NCBI GenBank assembly: GCA_963693365.1
Contig: CAVNZM010000001.1
Coordinates: 10,876,161 to 10,940,160 of the forward strand
Direction: 5' to 3'
Length of the DNA: 64,000 nt
DNA from: Amoebidium appalachense
Lineage: Eukaryota; Protista; Ichthyosporea
The notes under the pieces are model-generated. The model was given only the letters and a program-made list of their open reading frames with translations, searched no databases and was not told the DNA's origin. Shown in pieces: positions 1-15,732 of this stretch; the stretch's first letter is position 1; each line of letters begins with the position of its first letter. Both the position numbers and the translations under genes were made by a program.

Positions 1-94
1 GTGTGTGTGTGTGCGCGCGTGCGCGAGCGCGTGCCTGTGTGTGTGTTGGTGTCCAACTCAATCCAGAAAAGAAATAAGGCTGTCACCAGAGAGC

Positions 95-159
<65 letters not shown>

Positions 160-400
160 AGAGAGAGATAGAGATGACGAGAGAGGGGGAGAGAGAGAGA
201 GAGAGAGTGTGTGTGTGTGTGCACGCCGCGCATATTTGCACACGTGTCCGCGTGCATGCATGCGTGTGTTCGTGGGTGCATGCAATCGTTCTTGCCTGTG
301 TGTGTGCCTGCGTGTGTTTGTGTATATGGAAAGGAGAAGGTGGGTGGGGTGTGTTTGGGGAAAGGGGGGCGGGTGGTGGTTGGTTGGTTGGTTGGTTTTG

Positions 401-533
401 GGGGGGGTTTGAATGCGTCAAAAAGTACGAAGTACACAAGAACAAACGGATAACACGATGCAGAATGCAAGCCATACATAAAGAGTGTGCATAATAAGCA
501 GAGCCCATCCTCAGGGGGGGCCCACGTCATCCA
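401..533 (-). repeat. ~133-bp dispersed intronic repeat, copy 1
   Basis: Reverse complement of 61992-62124 with one mismatch seen. Diverged relatives lie at ~4298-4440 and ~61870-61975. Confidence 0.9.
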
Positions 534-1222
534 CAGTACCCGAGTTTCGACCTATTCACCTCGTTAACGAAACCCAACTCAGATACTGTTTCACTTGAAC
601 ATGGGTAGGTCACCCGTCTTGATCAGAGACGAGCAGGGTTGCTTATGCAGGCAAGGGCAGTGGGAAAGGCCGGGGGTTAAAGTTGCAGCAGTAAGCAGAA
701 GCAAGAAAAATATAGATAGGAACTCAGGAGACGGGGCTTCTAGGAAGCTCCCCCGTCGCTACCTAAGTCGAGACTTCCCTGGCTAACATACTACACCAGC
801 TGAAAAGAATTAAGTCCCGAAGGCCGCAGAAATCGCAATCAGAGGGGAAAATATGAGATTTGACCCACGCCGCAGGGTAGTAACACGCTTACTAGGGCGG
901 AACTTTAACGTCTTCGAACGGAAAATTATGCCCCCGGATGTCAGCCGGATATATGGTATCACCCATTGCTTTGGGCTTGAAAAAAGACAAATCGATAGTC
1001 CGAGTTATTGGGGGGGGGGGGGGGTAAGGTACCTGTTTCCTGCTTCTCTTCCTGCTCCACATCCTCTGTGACTGTTTCCTGTTACAACAAAACGAACACA
1101 TATTCAGAAACATAAATAAGACATTACGACACCAATAACATCAAGCAAAACCCGAACCGTCGGGCTATCTAGTTTGGCAAAAAACGGGTGGATATGGGAA
1201 GGAAAAAAACGAAACACGTATA

Positions 1223-1259
<37 letters not shown>

Positions 1260-1908
1260 ACACATACACCCATCCACTCTCTCCCCCCACACCCCCCTCG
1301 CCCCCGTGGACGACTTATTTCCACCCACTGAGAATGCACTCTGCTTTTTATGTGTGCTTTTTGAGCTTTTTGCACACTGCATTGTGTTGTCCGTTTTGCA
1401 AATGTATTATACTCCAAAAACACATTCTAGCCTACCCATCCCCCCTCCCCCCCCCCCCCCAAGGGCGCCCAAACACACAGACATGAAATTCCAGGGCCAA
1501 ACCCAACTACAAGTGGTCTAAGCGATGCCAGAGAAGCACGTGTCATTGTGTGCTCACACTTGATTAGTAGTGTTGACAGCTATACATCTTGGTCAAAAAG
1601 CGGCACAAAACGAGATCGGCGATGGGGAAGGGAGAAAAAGATTACGTTAAAAGCTGTTCGGGGGGGCCAATCATTTTTTGCGCCACAGTAAATAGTACCA
1701 AGCAAGAGTTCCCATCCGCACGGGCTGCCTTGCCGCCAACACCGCCCTTCGATTGTCCCTGCCGAGTGCAAACACAGCTCGCCAATTCACACAAAAAACC
1801 AAACAACTCCAACTACCATTTCTGTACGCGGTGTGCACAAACACAATGAGATTGTGGCTAAACGGGGGGCAGGGATGGGGCGCGGAAGGGGAGGAGAGGG
1901 GGGGGGAA

Positions 1909-1955
<47 letters not shown>

Positions 1956-1965
1956 GGGCCCACAC

Positions 1966-2194
1966 CGTTTCAGCTGTGCCTGTTTGTGTCTCTGTTTCCG
2001 CATCTTTGGACTGCAGGGGAAGAGTGCCAGTCAGCATCCATACAAAACCCCATCCCCCCATCCCCCCCCCCCCACTACTCTACCCCCCCCACACGACACA
2101 ACACCCCTGCCCTCCCCCTCCCCCTTCCCCTCCCCCCCCCCCCCCCCCACACACACCCATTAAAAAAAAAAAACAATCACACACACGCGTGCGC

Positions 2195-2233
<39 letters not shown>

Positions 2234-2329
2234 CACCCCTGCTCCCTCCCCCCCCCTCCCCCTCCCCCCCCCCCCCCCAAAAAGACACACACACACATAC
2301 ACACACATCCCCTGCTTCCCCTCCCTCCC

Positions 2330-2363
<34 letters not shown>

Positions 2364-2468
2364 CGGAGCTCTCCCTCTCCTGCCCCCTCCGTTCGTCCTC
2401 TACACACACTGCCTGCCACATTATCTACTACACACAGCCTTCTGCTCTCCATATCGGTTGACATAGAG

Positions 2469-2502
<34 letters not shown>

Positions 2503-4824
2503 CGCCTGCCCACCTGCCCCCGCCCACCCACCCATTGAGCAACCACACACAAATACACCACTCCCACCTCAACTCCCACCTTCCCCCCCCCCCCCCCCCC
2601 CCCCCCCCCCAAACACACACACACACCACCACCACCACCACACACACATCCACATGAAAAAGAAAAACAGGGGGAAGAAGAAGAGAAAGAAAGCCATCTC
2701 TCCCTCCCCCCCCCTCCCCTCGTCCCCACCAAACAAAAGAGCCATCGAAGCATACGTCTCCCCCCCCCCTCTCCCTCCCCGGGGCACATACACACACACA
2801 CACCTTGAGCTGTGCGTTCACGGATGCCTGTATGACGTCATCGAGCAGCCAGTCGTCTGTCTGTGCTCCTTTCTCGTATACCACTCGCTCCTGTGTGTGT
2901 GTGAGTGTGAGTGTGTGTGCGTGTGTGTGTGTGCGTGTGTGTGTGTGTGGGTGTGTGTGTGTGTGTGTGTGTGTGGGTGTGTGCGCGCGTGCGCGTGCGT
3001 ATCCCCTTGTGGTTGTGTGTGCGTGCGTACTGATGTGTGAAAGACAGAGAGGGGGGGGGGGGGGAGAAAGAGAGAGGGGGGGGGGGGGAGGGAGAGAGAG
3101 AGAGAGTGTGTGTGTGTGTGCACGTGTGTGCATTGACGCACATGTGCGTGCTTGTGTGTAAGTCTCCCTTTGACTTGCATGAGTAGAGGGAGAGCAGAGT
3201 ATACACACGGTCATAACAGACGCATACATGCCTCCGGTCATCCCCCCCTTATCCCCCCTTCCCTCCCGCCCCTGCCCCTTTCCCCCTGCGCTGCCTTTAC
3301 ACTCTCCATATCATTACTTTTCCATCTGCAGACCTACCCAAAGACATACCCCCATATAAGGCAAACCCCGCCACCCCCCCATCAATCTCTCTTCCCTCCC
3401 CCCTCCCCTCCCCACCTCATGCAGACTCACCACCCCAACCACATGCCCAACGCAAGGGTAATTAAATGGACACACACACACGCGCGCACACGCACACGCA
3501 CATGCACGCACGTGCAGGCTCAAACAATGTGTGTGTATGTGCGCGCACACACACAATTATATCCACAAGCAGACAAGCACTCACTCCATGCCCCCGTACA
3601 GCGTTTCATGCATCATTAGGTACACATGCGCAAGTCCACCCACCCACCCACCCACCCACAGGCACGCACACACAGGCACGCACCCGCACCCGTACCCGTA
3701 CACACACCCACACATACATGTGTGCGCACACACACACACCCACACATACATGTGTGCGCACACACACACACCCACACATACATGTGTGCGCACACACACA
3801 CACCCACACATACATGTGTGCGCACACACACACGCCCACACATACATGTGTGCGCACACACACACACCCACACAATCACACCCACACATACATGTGTGCG
3901 CACACACACACACGCACAGGCACAGGCCAACACGCACCCCCCCCCCCCCCTCCAAACCCCTACCCTCCCCTCCCTCCTCCGCCCCCCCCACACACACACC
4001 TGTGGTGGGATGTTGATTTGTTGCACCTCCGATGTAGTCAACGCCACCACAGGTCGGGAGAGTGGGTGTGATGGCACCGAGCTGCAGCGAAAAAAAAATT
4101 GTGTGCGTGTGTGTGTTGGGGGGGGGGGGGGGGGGGGGGGGACATGAATTAGAGAAGGATGACTATCTTTACGTGTGTCGATATGACACTCCTTCCTGGC
4201 AGCAAGTGTCCTAAAAGACAAGAGGTCATCGTCAGATGATGGTTTATTGGGAAAGAAGGGGGAGGAGGGGGGGGAAGGGGCCCCGGGGAGAGGGGTAGTT
4301 TGAATGCAGAACACAGTACGAAATACGCATACACGATGAGATACATGGTGCAGGACCCATGCAAAGGCAAACATTCAAGTATGCAGCATCAGCCATGCGC
4401 ACAGTGTGCGTCATAAGCAGAGCCCATCCTCAGGGAGGGCCGGGGAGAGGGGGGGGGGTTGAGCCAGGGGGTGCGGGGGGCCGGGGGGGATTTATACGAG
4501 CTAAAAAAAAAGGGGGGGGGGGGGGAGGGGAGGGAGGGAGGGAGGGGGGGGGGGGTTTAAAGGATCCTCCTTTTAGATATGAATATGAACTTAGGCAGGC
4601 ACCACAGCTCGTTCAGACAGCCAGCCGGGAAGAGAAAAAGCACCCCGGGGGGGAAGGAGGCGGGGAGGGGGGGGGAGGGGGGGGGGGGGGGGGGGGGGGG
4701 GAGGGGGGATGCATGCATCAGGGGTGGCAACATGTGGCTCCAAAGCCATCAAACAATCACAATGATAAAAACGCTACAGACGAGAAAAAAGTCCAAACGT
4801 AGGGCAGAACCCATCATAAGAGGA

Positions 4825-4871
<47 letters not shown>

Positions 4872-5625
4872 AGGGGGCCTACCTCAAATCTAAGTGCGAA
4901 GATGTTCTGGAGTCCAGATCGGGAGATGAGATTTGGGGGACAGGGGATGTAGAGGATGGAGGCTGGGGTGGCTTTGCAACGGGGGTTGCATCGCCCAGAA
5001 GAGAGGCTACGAGGTCGTTCACACTGTCCCTGGTGTCTTTGTCGGTGGTTTCCGGCTGCAAAAAAAAAAAAAAAAAAAAAAAAAAAGGTGTGAGAGGGGA
5101 TGGAGGGGAGAACCGGGTGCCTGGAAAGCGGAAAGGGGTTGTGGGGAGGGGGGCATGGGAGGGGGTGAAGAAAGTGAGGAAGGACAAGGGGGGATGCGGG
5201 GGTAGGGGAGAAGAGAAGGGGGCTGTTGCAGACAGGGTGGTGAGGGAGATGTATCAACAGGTGTACCCTCTGCCCTTCCCCCGGCCCTCACACACTACCC
5301 CCCCCTCCCCCCTCCCACCTTCTCCCCGGCTCCCCTCTCCCTCCCCCGTCCATCCCAAGTGCTCCTTACACACAGGCAAGCACACACGTGCGCACGTACG
5401 GATAAAAGCACACTGGCGTGTGCACCTAAACGCGCAAAACACACGCACAAGGACAAGTACACTCGCATGCAAGCACACCCAGGCACACACATGCGCACAC
5501 ACGCACACACACGCACACACGAACACGCACGCTCCCACGCACGCACAAGCACAGACAAACACAAGCACACATCCACACGCACACGGACACACACACATGT
5601 GCCCACGCACACGGGCACACACACA

Positions 5626-5691
<66 letters not shown>

Positions 5692-5798
5692 ACAGGTGTC
5701 GAGGTGCCGCTCTTGGCACCAAACTGCTTGGCTTCGCGCGTCCTCCGCAGGTCTTCCAACCGCTTCCTCTTTGCCTCCAACTCTGCCTTTCGATCCAT
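1966..5798 (-). CDS. DYNC1I: Cytoplasmic dynein 1 intermediate chain, 5' part (exons 5798-5691, 5055-4883, 4081-4000, 2890-2804, 2010-1966); the WD40 exons are presumably beyond the left edge
   Basis: N-terminus MDRKAELEAKRKRLEDLRRTREAK matches the dynein IC coiled-coil start. The spliced product gives ...VQQINIPPQ|ERVVYEKGAQT (light-chain binding region) and a further TETQT motif. All introns are GT-AG and phase-compatible. Confidence 0.9.
3700..3910. repeat. CA-derived minisatellite, ~32-bp unit (cacacacacccacacatacatgtgtgcg), about 6 copies
   Basis: Tandem units are directly visible inside a dynein intron. Confidence 0.85.
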
Positions 5799-6474
5799 TT
5801 CTCTGGGTTTCTTACAACCAAATATTACGTATGCGTATCTTAGTTCCTTCTCAAACCTCCTTTCCGTTGTAACTCTCAAAGCGTCACAAAGAAGGTCCCA
5901 AATCCTAATCCTGAAACCGGTAAGTTGCTTGACAAGTGAACCCTGGCCACTTCCGCGAAACCGAGAAAAAAGTGACTCAGGACGGGCCCAGGAAAGGCGC
6001 AAGGAGTCGAATTTGGACAACATCGGGGACGCTTGAAACGAGAGCGAGGAAATTTGAACGAGGGAACCGAGTTCAATTATTTAACGAAAGACATGTATTT
6101 GACCGTCCTCAAGGACCATAAGCCCCCAAAACAATGGCTTTTCTTTTTTAGGCTTTTTTAAGTAATATGTCCTTACGTACATTTTTGTTTTGCTTTGACC
6201 CAGCGGCTCACTCCAGCTGACTTCCTTGTTACTGTAACGAGTTCCTCGTTGCTAGGCAGATTCGGAGACGTCACATTTGTGCATGGATAGCGTAATCCGC
6301 TGCAGGGGGCCCCGCTTACTCGATTATTCGAGCCTAAGAGAGACCACTATGTAGGGGGGTTTCCCCTCAGCAGTACACCATGATCAAGTACATTCCGTGC
6401 ACTCCTCACCTTACTATTGCAATAGCGTGTGGGACAAGGAGAGGGTTTGTGTGTGTGTGTGTGTGGTGGCGGTG

Positions 6475-6545
<71 letters not shown>

Positions 6546-6561
6546 ATGGTGGTGGTGGTGG

Positions 6562-6606
<45 letters not shown>

Positions 6607-7475
6607 TGTGTGTGTGCACGTGTGTGTGTGTGTGTGTTTGCGTGTGTGTGTGTGTGTGGAGAGGTGGGGTTGGGTGGGTGGGTGGGGGAGGGGGGGGGGG
6701 GAGGGGGATCGGCAGCTAGAGGATGGAAGATATCATTTTGTTGCAAGATCCTTCTCATTCTCCTGCTGTATAACTGTGCATAAGCCATAAGCGCAAGTTG
6801 ACATTTCAGCGTTGTCAAAGGACCCAAAACCGGCCTTATGATGAGTCGGATAGCCTGCACCTGCATTTTCTTTCTGAGTCCATGATTAGTCACGGCACTA
6901 GATGACATATGCATATGCCCGGCAGGTCAGGACAGCTACCTTTCAGACTCCCTTCAGTTCACAAAACCGCCCATTACAAGTGTGCAGTATAGTGTCAGTG
7001 TAGTGAAACGAGTACATGCGTGTATACACACACACACATGCTTACCTGGCCTTCCCACAAGCCAAGGATCACGATATATCGATACTAATTCTGAAGCTTG
7101 TTTACCGTGACGTCGACACGCACTGTTCTTGTTGGCTTCGGGCTGCAGACGGCGTGCATCGCTTTTGTCTTTTCGCTTCTAGGTAAAACATGATTGCCGA
7201 ATTCGGTTGCTTTCTTTGCCGTGGTATTATGCTTTTTCAGACATTCCGAATAAGCCGTTTGGGCCATTAGACTCGGTGAACTCTCTAAATACCTTGGGTT
7301 GATTTACTCTGGGTGTTCTTTCACATGGGTGGGTGTGCATCTGCCTCACCCAATCCAACCTGTCGATATTCGTGAGCTTTGCCCATGGCCAGCTGAAAAT
7401 GTTTTAATTCTGTGCACGTGTTTAGACTGAGGGTGCTTCGGTCTGTGCTGGAATACCAAGGCAAAGGCGTAGCAG

Positions 7476-7521
7476 CAAGGCCTCCTATATAGCACTCCCT
7501 AGTGCTATATAGGAGGCCTTG
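7476..7521. mobile_element. 46-bp TIR-only micro-element (hAT-like) with 8-bp TSD CGTAGCAG
   Basis: Perfect 21-bp inverted repeat caaggcctcctatatagcact around a 4-nt loop. CGTAGCAG occurs at 7468-7475 and 7522-7529. Confidence 0.85.
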
Positions 7522-9752
7522 CGTAGCAGCCAGAGCAGCCGGTTAGCGCTAGCACAAGTGGAAGATGGTGGTGTCGTGTTCTCTTCTATTGGAGTCCTAA
7601 GCTTTTCTTTTTTCTCTTTCTTCAAAGGCTTTTCTTTGTTTGGGGAGAGAGGGGGGAGCTCTTTCTTGCATATTTCTTATGAGGTACATTATTTAGTAAT
7701 ACCTAAGAAAGAAGGTGTTCTGTATAATCTAATATATATGTAGTATTGAGCTGGTTTGTGCTTAGCCGTGGATACAGTCCACCGTGTGGTTTCGTGTTTT
7801 CAACGTCGGTGCACAGCACCAGTAGGTTTAGTCCGGCAGATTGTAAAGGAAGACAGCCACGGGTTATGAAAGGTGCATCTTCAGGAGTTCTGCGGCCCTG
7901 TTCGTAGTCCAATAAATAGGCCGGTAGTACATACAGGAGCTGGCACGTACTGACTGTGCCCTCTAGCCTATGTACGAATAAATCGACGCAGGCTAAGGGT
8001 AGGTGAGTCACGAGATCAGCCGCTCTTCGGGTCGTCAGCGTCCCCTTGAAAAATAAGAGCTACCTCAGAAGGTAGCAGATACAGGAGTTACAATTTTTTC
8101 TTTGTCTGCTGTGAATATGGGCATGTTTGTGCATTTTCCGCACTCCTTACACAGCCTGCTCTTTTCTTGTCGTATCTACCAGCGAGAATGTAAAAATGAC
8201 AATACAAATGGAAAGCAAACCAATTAGCAAAACTGCATTCATTCAGCCCCCTATGCACCGGGGTTCAAAACATACGTATGAAATATAATTCGTGTATATT
8301 CAACGTCCCCTTTCCCCTCCCCGAAACATTCCTACGTGTGCTTAAAGCACTCACTAGTTCGAAATGACTCCTTTTGGTACTTCATAAACCACCTAGTGCT
8401 GCACATATGAAAGTAACCCCCTCCCTCCCATTCCCTCCTTCCTCTTCTTTCACATCCCACGGACTGCTCATAGGAACCAGCTGCGGACTACAGACTGGCG
8501 AAGGCCGAGGGGTAAAAACCCCCTCTATCTCCGCCCCTCTCTCCCCCTTCCCTTCTTCAGAGTTTTTGCTACTTTCAACTTGAGCACTAGGATGTGTGAG
8601 TATTAATTCGGCCTGCGTCACGGATTCAGTTGAGCTTCTCCTTGACAGAGTCTTTCCCTCCCAGGCCTCTGGAATAGAGCGCGAAAAGATATGTTTTCTC
8701 CGTATAAGCGAAGTCGGCCTCACCGTCCTGTTAGCACAACTTGGATGCAAAGGAAACGTTCCTTTTCTTCCGCGCCACATCGTGAAGAACGTTCGTGCAG
8801 AAACAAGAATCTGCACTGCAATTTCCAGAATGCACAACGTGTTCTCCATTAAAAAACGAAGTGGTTTTGGAAGAGAATGGCACACACTCACAGCCATCAC
8901 GACAACAAGGTAGGCAAAGACACTGTCAAAACGAAGCTCGCGCAGTTGTCCCCGTAACATGGCGCGAACACGATAATTCGTGTTGCTTCGTTTTTCCATT
9001 TTTTTTTTTTTAGCGGTTAAGTCTGTCAAGCATGAAAATGAAGTCACCCTTGTAGAGAAGCAGAATAGAGGTGTAGCTAGAGGGCAAAAAGAAAACGGGC
9101 TATGCTGTGCACTTGAAAAACATACAGCGCCCATAAGCAGCTCCATCAATTGTGTGTAGAAAAGAAGTCATTCACGCGTGCTTGTAAAACCAGAAGAAAC
9201 TGCTTGATATGCCTATTATTTTCAGAGAGTGATGAACCCCTATCACGTCTTACGTATACTTCACAACTTTCTCTTCTGTGTCCAACTTTGTACGATGGTA
9301 TTCTCCTCACTTCAAGAGTCCCTTTTCCGAGAGGCGCGAGTGACTCACTCCTTGTTGGGGCTTCTCATCTTATACCTGTGCATGTTACCAATCAAAATGT
9401 GTGTGAAATAGGAAATTCCGGTTAAAAAACCAAATGTATCCAACACCATTGTTGTGACAAGAAAAAGGCTAGATAAGCTCTATCATATTTTTAGCTTGCA
9501 TAATACATTAAATAAATATATTTATTTTGCTTAACAATACTTACTCTTCCCACTTTTGTAACTCATACGTTACCGTGTGAGCATGCCATGACACGATCAG
9601 TCGCAACCATGTCGAAAATTTCGCCACCATTCACGGCATGCGCCAATCACATCCCTCAAAATGAACGCCATGAGCCCGTCGTGACTTTCTTCATGTATGT
9701 TGGCCCTACTTTGTTTTTTCTTGTTTTTTTTTTCTCCACATGGCCCCGCCTG

Positions 9753-10702
<950 letters not shown>

Positions 10703-12105
10703 CCCGCCTGTTTACATCGCCTTAGGCGAAAGAGGCAAAAATAGTGGAAACCCAAATTGTCGTTCGTGTTTCTTCATTTTTTCGAGTGTTTTTGTGCTGC
10801 GAGGCTTGATTCGCAAGTATGTTGTAGCCTACCTTATGATCATGATAAGGCTTCCAGATCCCCTAGACTAGTCCTACACAACGAAGGAATTTATGTTCTT
10901 CCGATTAAATAATTAAAATTCGTCATCAATAGGGTCATTATATAAAATATTACAGATTCCAATTATCAGTTTTGAATTAGAAAGCAAAGTCAAGGACGCG
11001 CCACGCAGAGTCTGTATTGCAGACAGATACACCGTGCTAAAATTTTCGTCTTAAGTTATATATTTATTGAATACTATCATCAATGAATAATATTGAATTT
11101 ATTTTTTCTACAAGTTTTCATACTCATATATATTTGCCACATGCTACAAAAACATCATGTGTCCGAGCCGACTCTGACGCCGAGCCTCCCGAGGGACACA
11201 CGATTTACTTCACTTTCCAAGGCTTCGAGAGGGAAAGATGAGGTTTACACACGTTTTATTGCGTGGACACTGCCGGAGGCCCAGCCACATTCGACGGCCT
11301 ACTGCGTTTTCCAGCGCAGCCAATCAAATGCAGCCAGTGACATATGTACATGCTAGGCAACAATGAGCGCCATCGTAGTATATGACACCCCTATGGAAAG
11401 ATGCTCGAGTCTGGGGGGTCCGGGGCCCTCTGCGTGGGAATAGCACCAATCACATAGCTGTCTCAAATTTAATCACCAATCGTTATTTTTATAAAATCAC
11501 CAGATATAGAAGCATTTTGCCGAGAACCCACCAGCGCTGTGAGCGCCGCAAACTTTTTTCAAAGGCTTTTTTTGCACTCACAGTGGCGACTGGCGACAGT
11601 GCTCTGTGAAATTGGGGAGCTCAGTAAAGCATTGTTAGCTTGAAAGAAGTGGGTGTTGACGGCGGTCAATGATCATGCTTCATAAAACTTAAATCTTTAC
11701 AGCTGAACTTTTCAAATCAGGATCTTCACAGAGCTCAAGCCATTATGAGGTACCGTACACATACCCTTATCCTTCGGTCGGGAGGCTCGGAGCCACCAGT
11801 GCTGCATGCACATGCTGCTGCGCTCTGCCCTGAACATCCCCGGGCAAACCAATCAGATCGGCCCTTGGTGCGAGCTTTCAGGGCTGGAAAATCAACAAAA
11901 GCAACAGGGTGTGGTATCTCGATGAATGATCATCTGGCACGGCGGACCGTGGCCATGCATGGAGACGTCGACTCGATCCACCAGGCCTATAGGCTCCATG
12001 CATCAGTGATATTCAACGCGGGGCTTTGCGGGGCTCCCAACGCGTTACACTTGAGCAGAAAGTATACTGGCCGTCTTTGGGAGAGAAAGCGGTAGAGGCA
12101 GAGAT

Positions 12106-13070
<965 letters not shown>

Positions 13071-13693
13071 CCTGAGAGCCCAGCCTCGAACACATAATGG
13101 GAGAAATTGTAAACTTTACAATGTTGGGTAATCCACAACAGCCTATATATATAGTTGTCTGTATAGTAAAATGCTAGGACCGGTAGGTGCAACTTCCCAT
13201 GAAATGGGAATGATTTACTGATGTCAAAAGGCAATCGGCAAACACGGAGGCAAGATGCAAAGGGAAGGGAAGGGAAGGAAACACCAGTCGAACGCCGTCA
13301 TTATAGCTCATCTCAGGTTTAAACCAAAACCCTGCCGGCACTGCCGGCAGAACACACCTGCCTTCCAATCTTATTAAATGGACCGATTTCATATATGTAC
13401 ACAGGGAACCGGAGAATTATTCTAGCCGGCTTAGATACAAGCAAAATCGGCAGACAGGCCTGTGGTTTACCGTTTTCGATAGATCATACATGAGCTAACA
13501 CATGCTTACATGCTTGCCGCGCGCCTATTTGTGCTTACAGGGTTACCAGGAAGACCATGCAGTGTGCCAAATTTCACGAACCAACACCTGAAAATAAGAA
13601 GGGAAAACATGTGTCTGGAGATTGGGACAAGCAGAAGAGAAATGGATAACGGACTCAGAACGAACGTCTATGGAATATAAAATCATGGTCAGG

Positions 13694-13870
13694 GGACTCT
13701 GAGAGTCTAATCCCCCCTGCAAGACACCATCAAAATGTACTCATATGAAGAAGGTAAAACACATTCCCTGGACTCTGAGAGTCTACTTCTCCCTGCAGAC
13801 ACCATCGTAACGCACTCATAAGTAGAAAGAAAAACAGACTTCATGGATTCTGAGAGTCCATTTCCTAGAG
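13694..13870. repeat. Three degenerate ~76-bp tandem units starting gga(c/t)tctgagagtc
   Basis: Units start at 13694, 13770 and 13845. Confidence 0.7.
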
Positions 13871-14313
13871 CAGAACATACTAATCAACCACATATTGTAA
13901 ATGCTCAAAATATCGACCAGACTTTGAAAGTACGGGGTGGTTTTGTATATGAAGTACACTGGGACCGTTTGAATTCATCGAAAGAAAACAGACAACACAA
14001 CACACACGAGTACTCCAACATTTAATTAAGACATACTACGAAATTTCCAAGGTGTCCGTTCCTACAAGCAAAAATAAAATTTGCCGAAATATATTCATAA
14101 CAAGAAGAATCTCTCATTCATATAAGGTCGTTTAACACAATGGAGAGGCCAGGACTCTTTGTCGTAAGTCAACATATCTACACCGTGGAGGCAGTTTGCT
14201 ATAACGAAGTATGCCAATTACGATTTCATTCCAAGGATAGCAATACCATACGCATTCGTGTGAAGGTCTATTGACGGTCATTCGAGTTATAACAGACACC
14301 ATACAGAATATTA

Positions 14314-14626
14314 CTATCCCTTGCGAGGGTTTCCGAAGGATGGTATTTTTTTCTTGATGCTGTATATGGGTACCCTTGGTCGTTTTGCGGGGACTGGCAC
14401 CTCCGTAGATGCTCGGCGCTTGTGTGTTTGTCCTGATGGGTAACGATACAACTTTAGTTACAACCAACCCTCAAAAATTCCTGCATACGTGCTTCATGAA
14501 TTTCACACACACACTCACACAAGCTTTCTCTCTGTCACTCTCTCTCTTGCTGTCTATCTCTATCTCTATCTCCCTCTCTATCATCATCTCTTCTCCCCCT
14601 CTCACTCGCTGTCGCTCTCTCCCCCC

Positions 14627-14675
<49 letters not shown>

Positions 14676-15221
14676 TCCCCCCCCCCCCCCCCCTCCCCCC
14701 GTCTCTCTCTCTCCCTCTTAGCCCTACCTCCCTATCCCCGAATCTCCCTATTTCACTCGGACATGCAAATGCACATACACTGCACAGAAAATGGCATAGA
14801 CATTTGTCTCCCAAAAGCCCGTTTAGCATCACCACAAACAGGCTATGGAATAATGCAAGTCGAGATACGTACCCGTCTTTGACATCACGAGCGGTTCGTT
14901 TTCTAAATCACTTGACACGTCGTTTTGGAGACTGTTGGTGTCACCATCTGATTTGCTGGCCACACTGCCGGGGTTCTTGATGTTGTCGTTGTTGCTATTG
15001 CTCTCTGCGCTGTTGATGTCTGCATTGTGAATGTCAGTCCGAGTTCAGAGCCAATGCTCAGATAATGATTCGAAATGATTTTGTTGGTGTGGGTGGGGAA
15101 GCCTCAGAAGGAGTTTGTAACTTCTTTCAAATCGAAAAGTTTATCACCATTGTCGTTTTTCTGCCCATGCCCATAGGAAATGTGGAGGTGGTGGTGGTTG
15201 TGGTGTTTGTGGTGGTCTGAT

Positions 15222-15252
<31 letters not shown>

Positions 15253-15340
15253 GGGGGGGGGGGGAGGGGGGTATGCCATGTGGGGGGGGGGGGGGGGGGG
15301 GGGGCACCCGTGCATGTCATTGGCCGTGTGCTGGTTTGTG

Positions 15341-15380
<40 letters not shown>

Positions 15381-15701
15381 ATGTGCGTGTTCATGTGCAT
15401 GTGCATGTGCATGTGTGGACGTCTGTCTCTGTGTACATGTTTAAATTATCTGCTTTAAAGCTCGGAAACGTATTGTTTTGGGTTGATCAAATATGGGTTG
15501 TCAGTTCGGGGATGGTATTGGCCTAAGCAAGTTACACTCCTGTCATTCAATCGTGTTGATTTTACCTTTTTGCAAGATCAAGAAGCAAGAAAGTCAGGAA
15601 CAGGATTATAGGGTTATGGTTTTCTTTTATTTATTTGTTTTGTTTTGCTTTTGTTCTTTTTATTTTTTATTTTTTATTTTTTATTTTTATTCTTTATTTT
15701 T

Positions 15702-15732
<31 letters not shown>

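Noticed and set aside
6247-6275. RFX X-box-like gttgctaggcag and CRE-like gacgtca upstream of the dynein gene
   Set aside because: Short imperfect motifs are expected by chance, and there are no TSS data.
8382-9149. 255-aa minus-strand ORF and nearby exon-like stretches (~7045-7395, ~7760-7965)
   Set aside because: No recognisable motif, and I could not build a phase-consistent gene. It may be a lineage-specific gene or relic, but that is unsupported.
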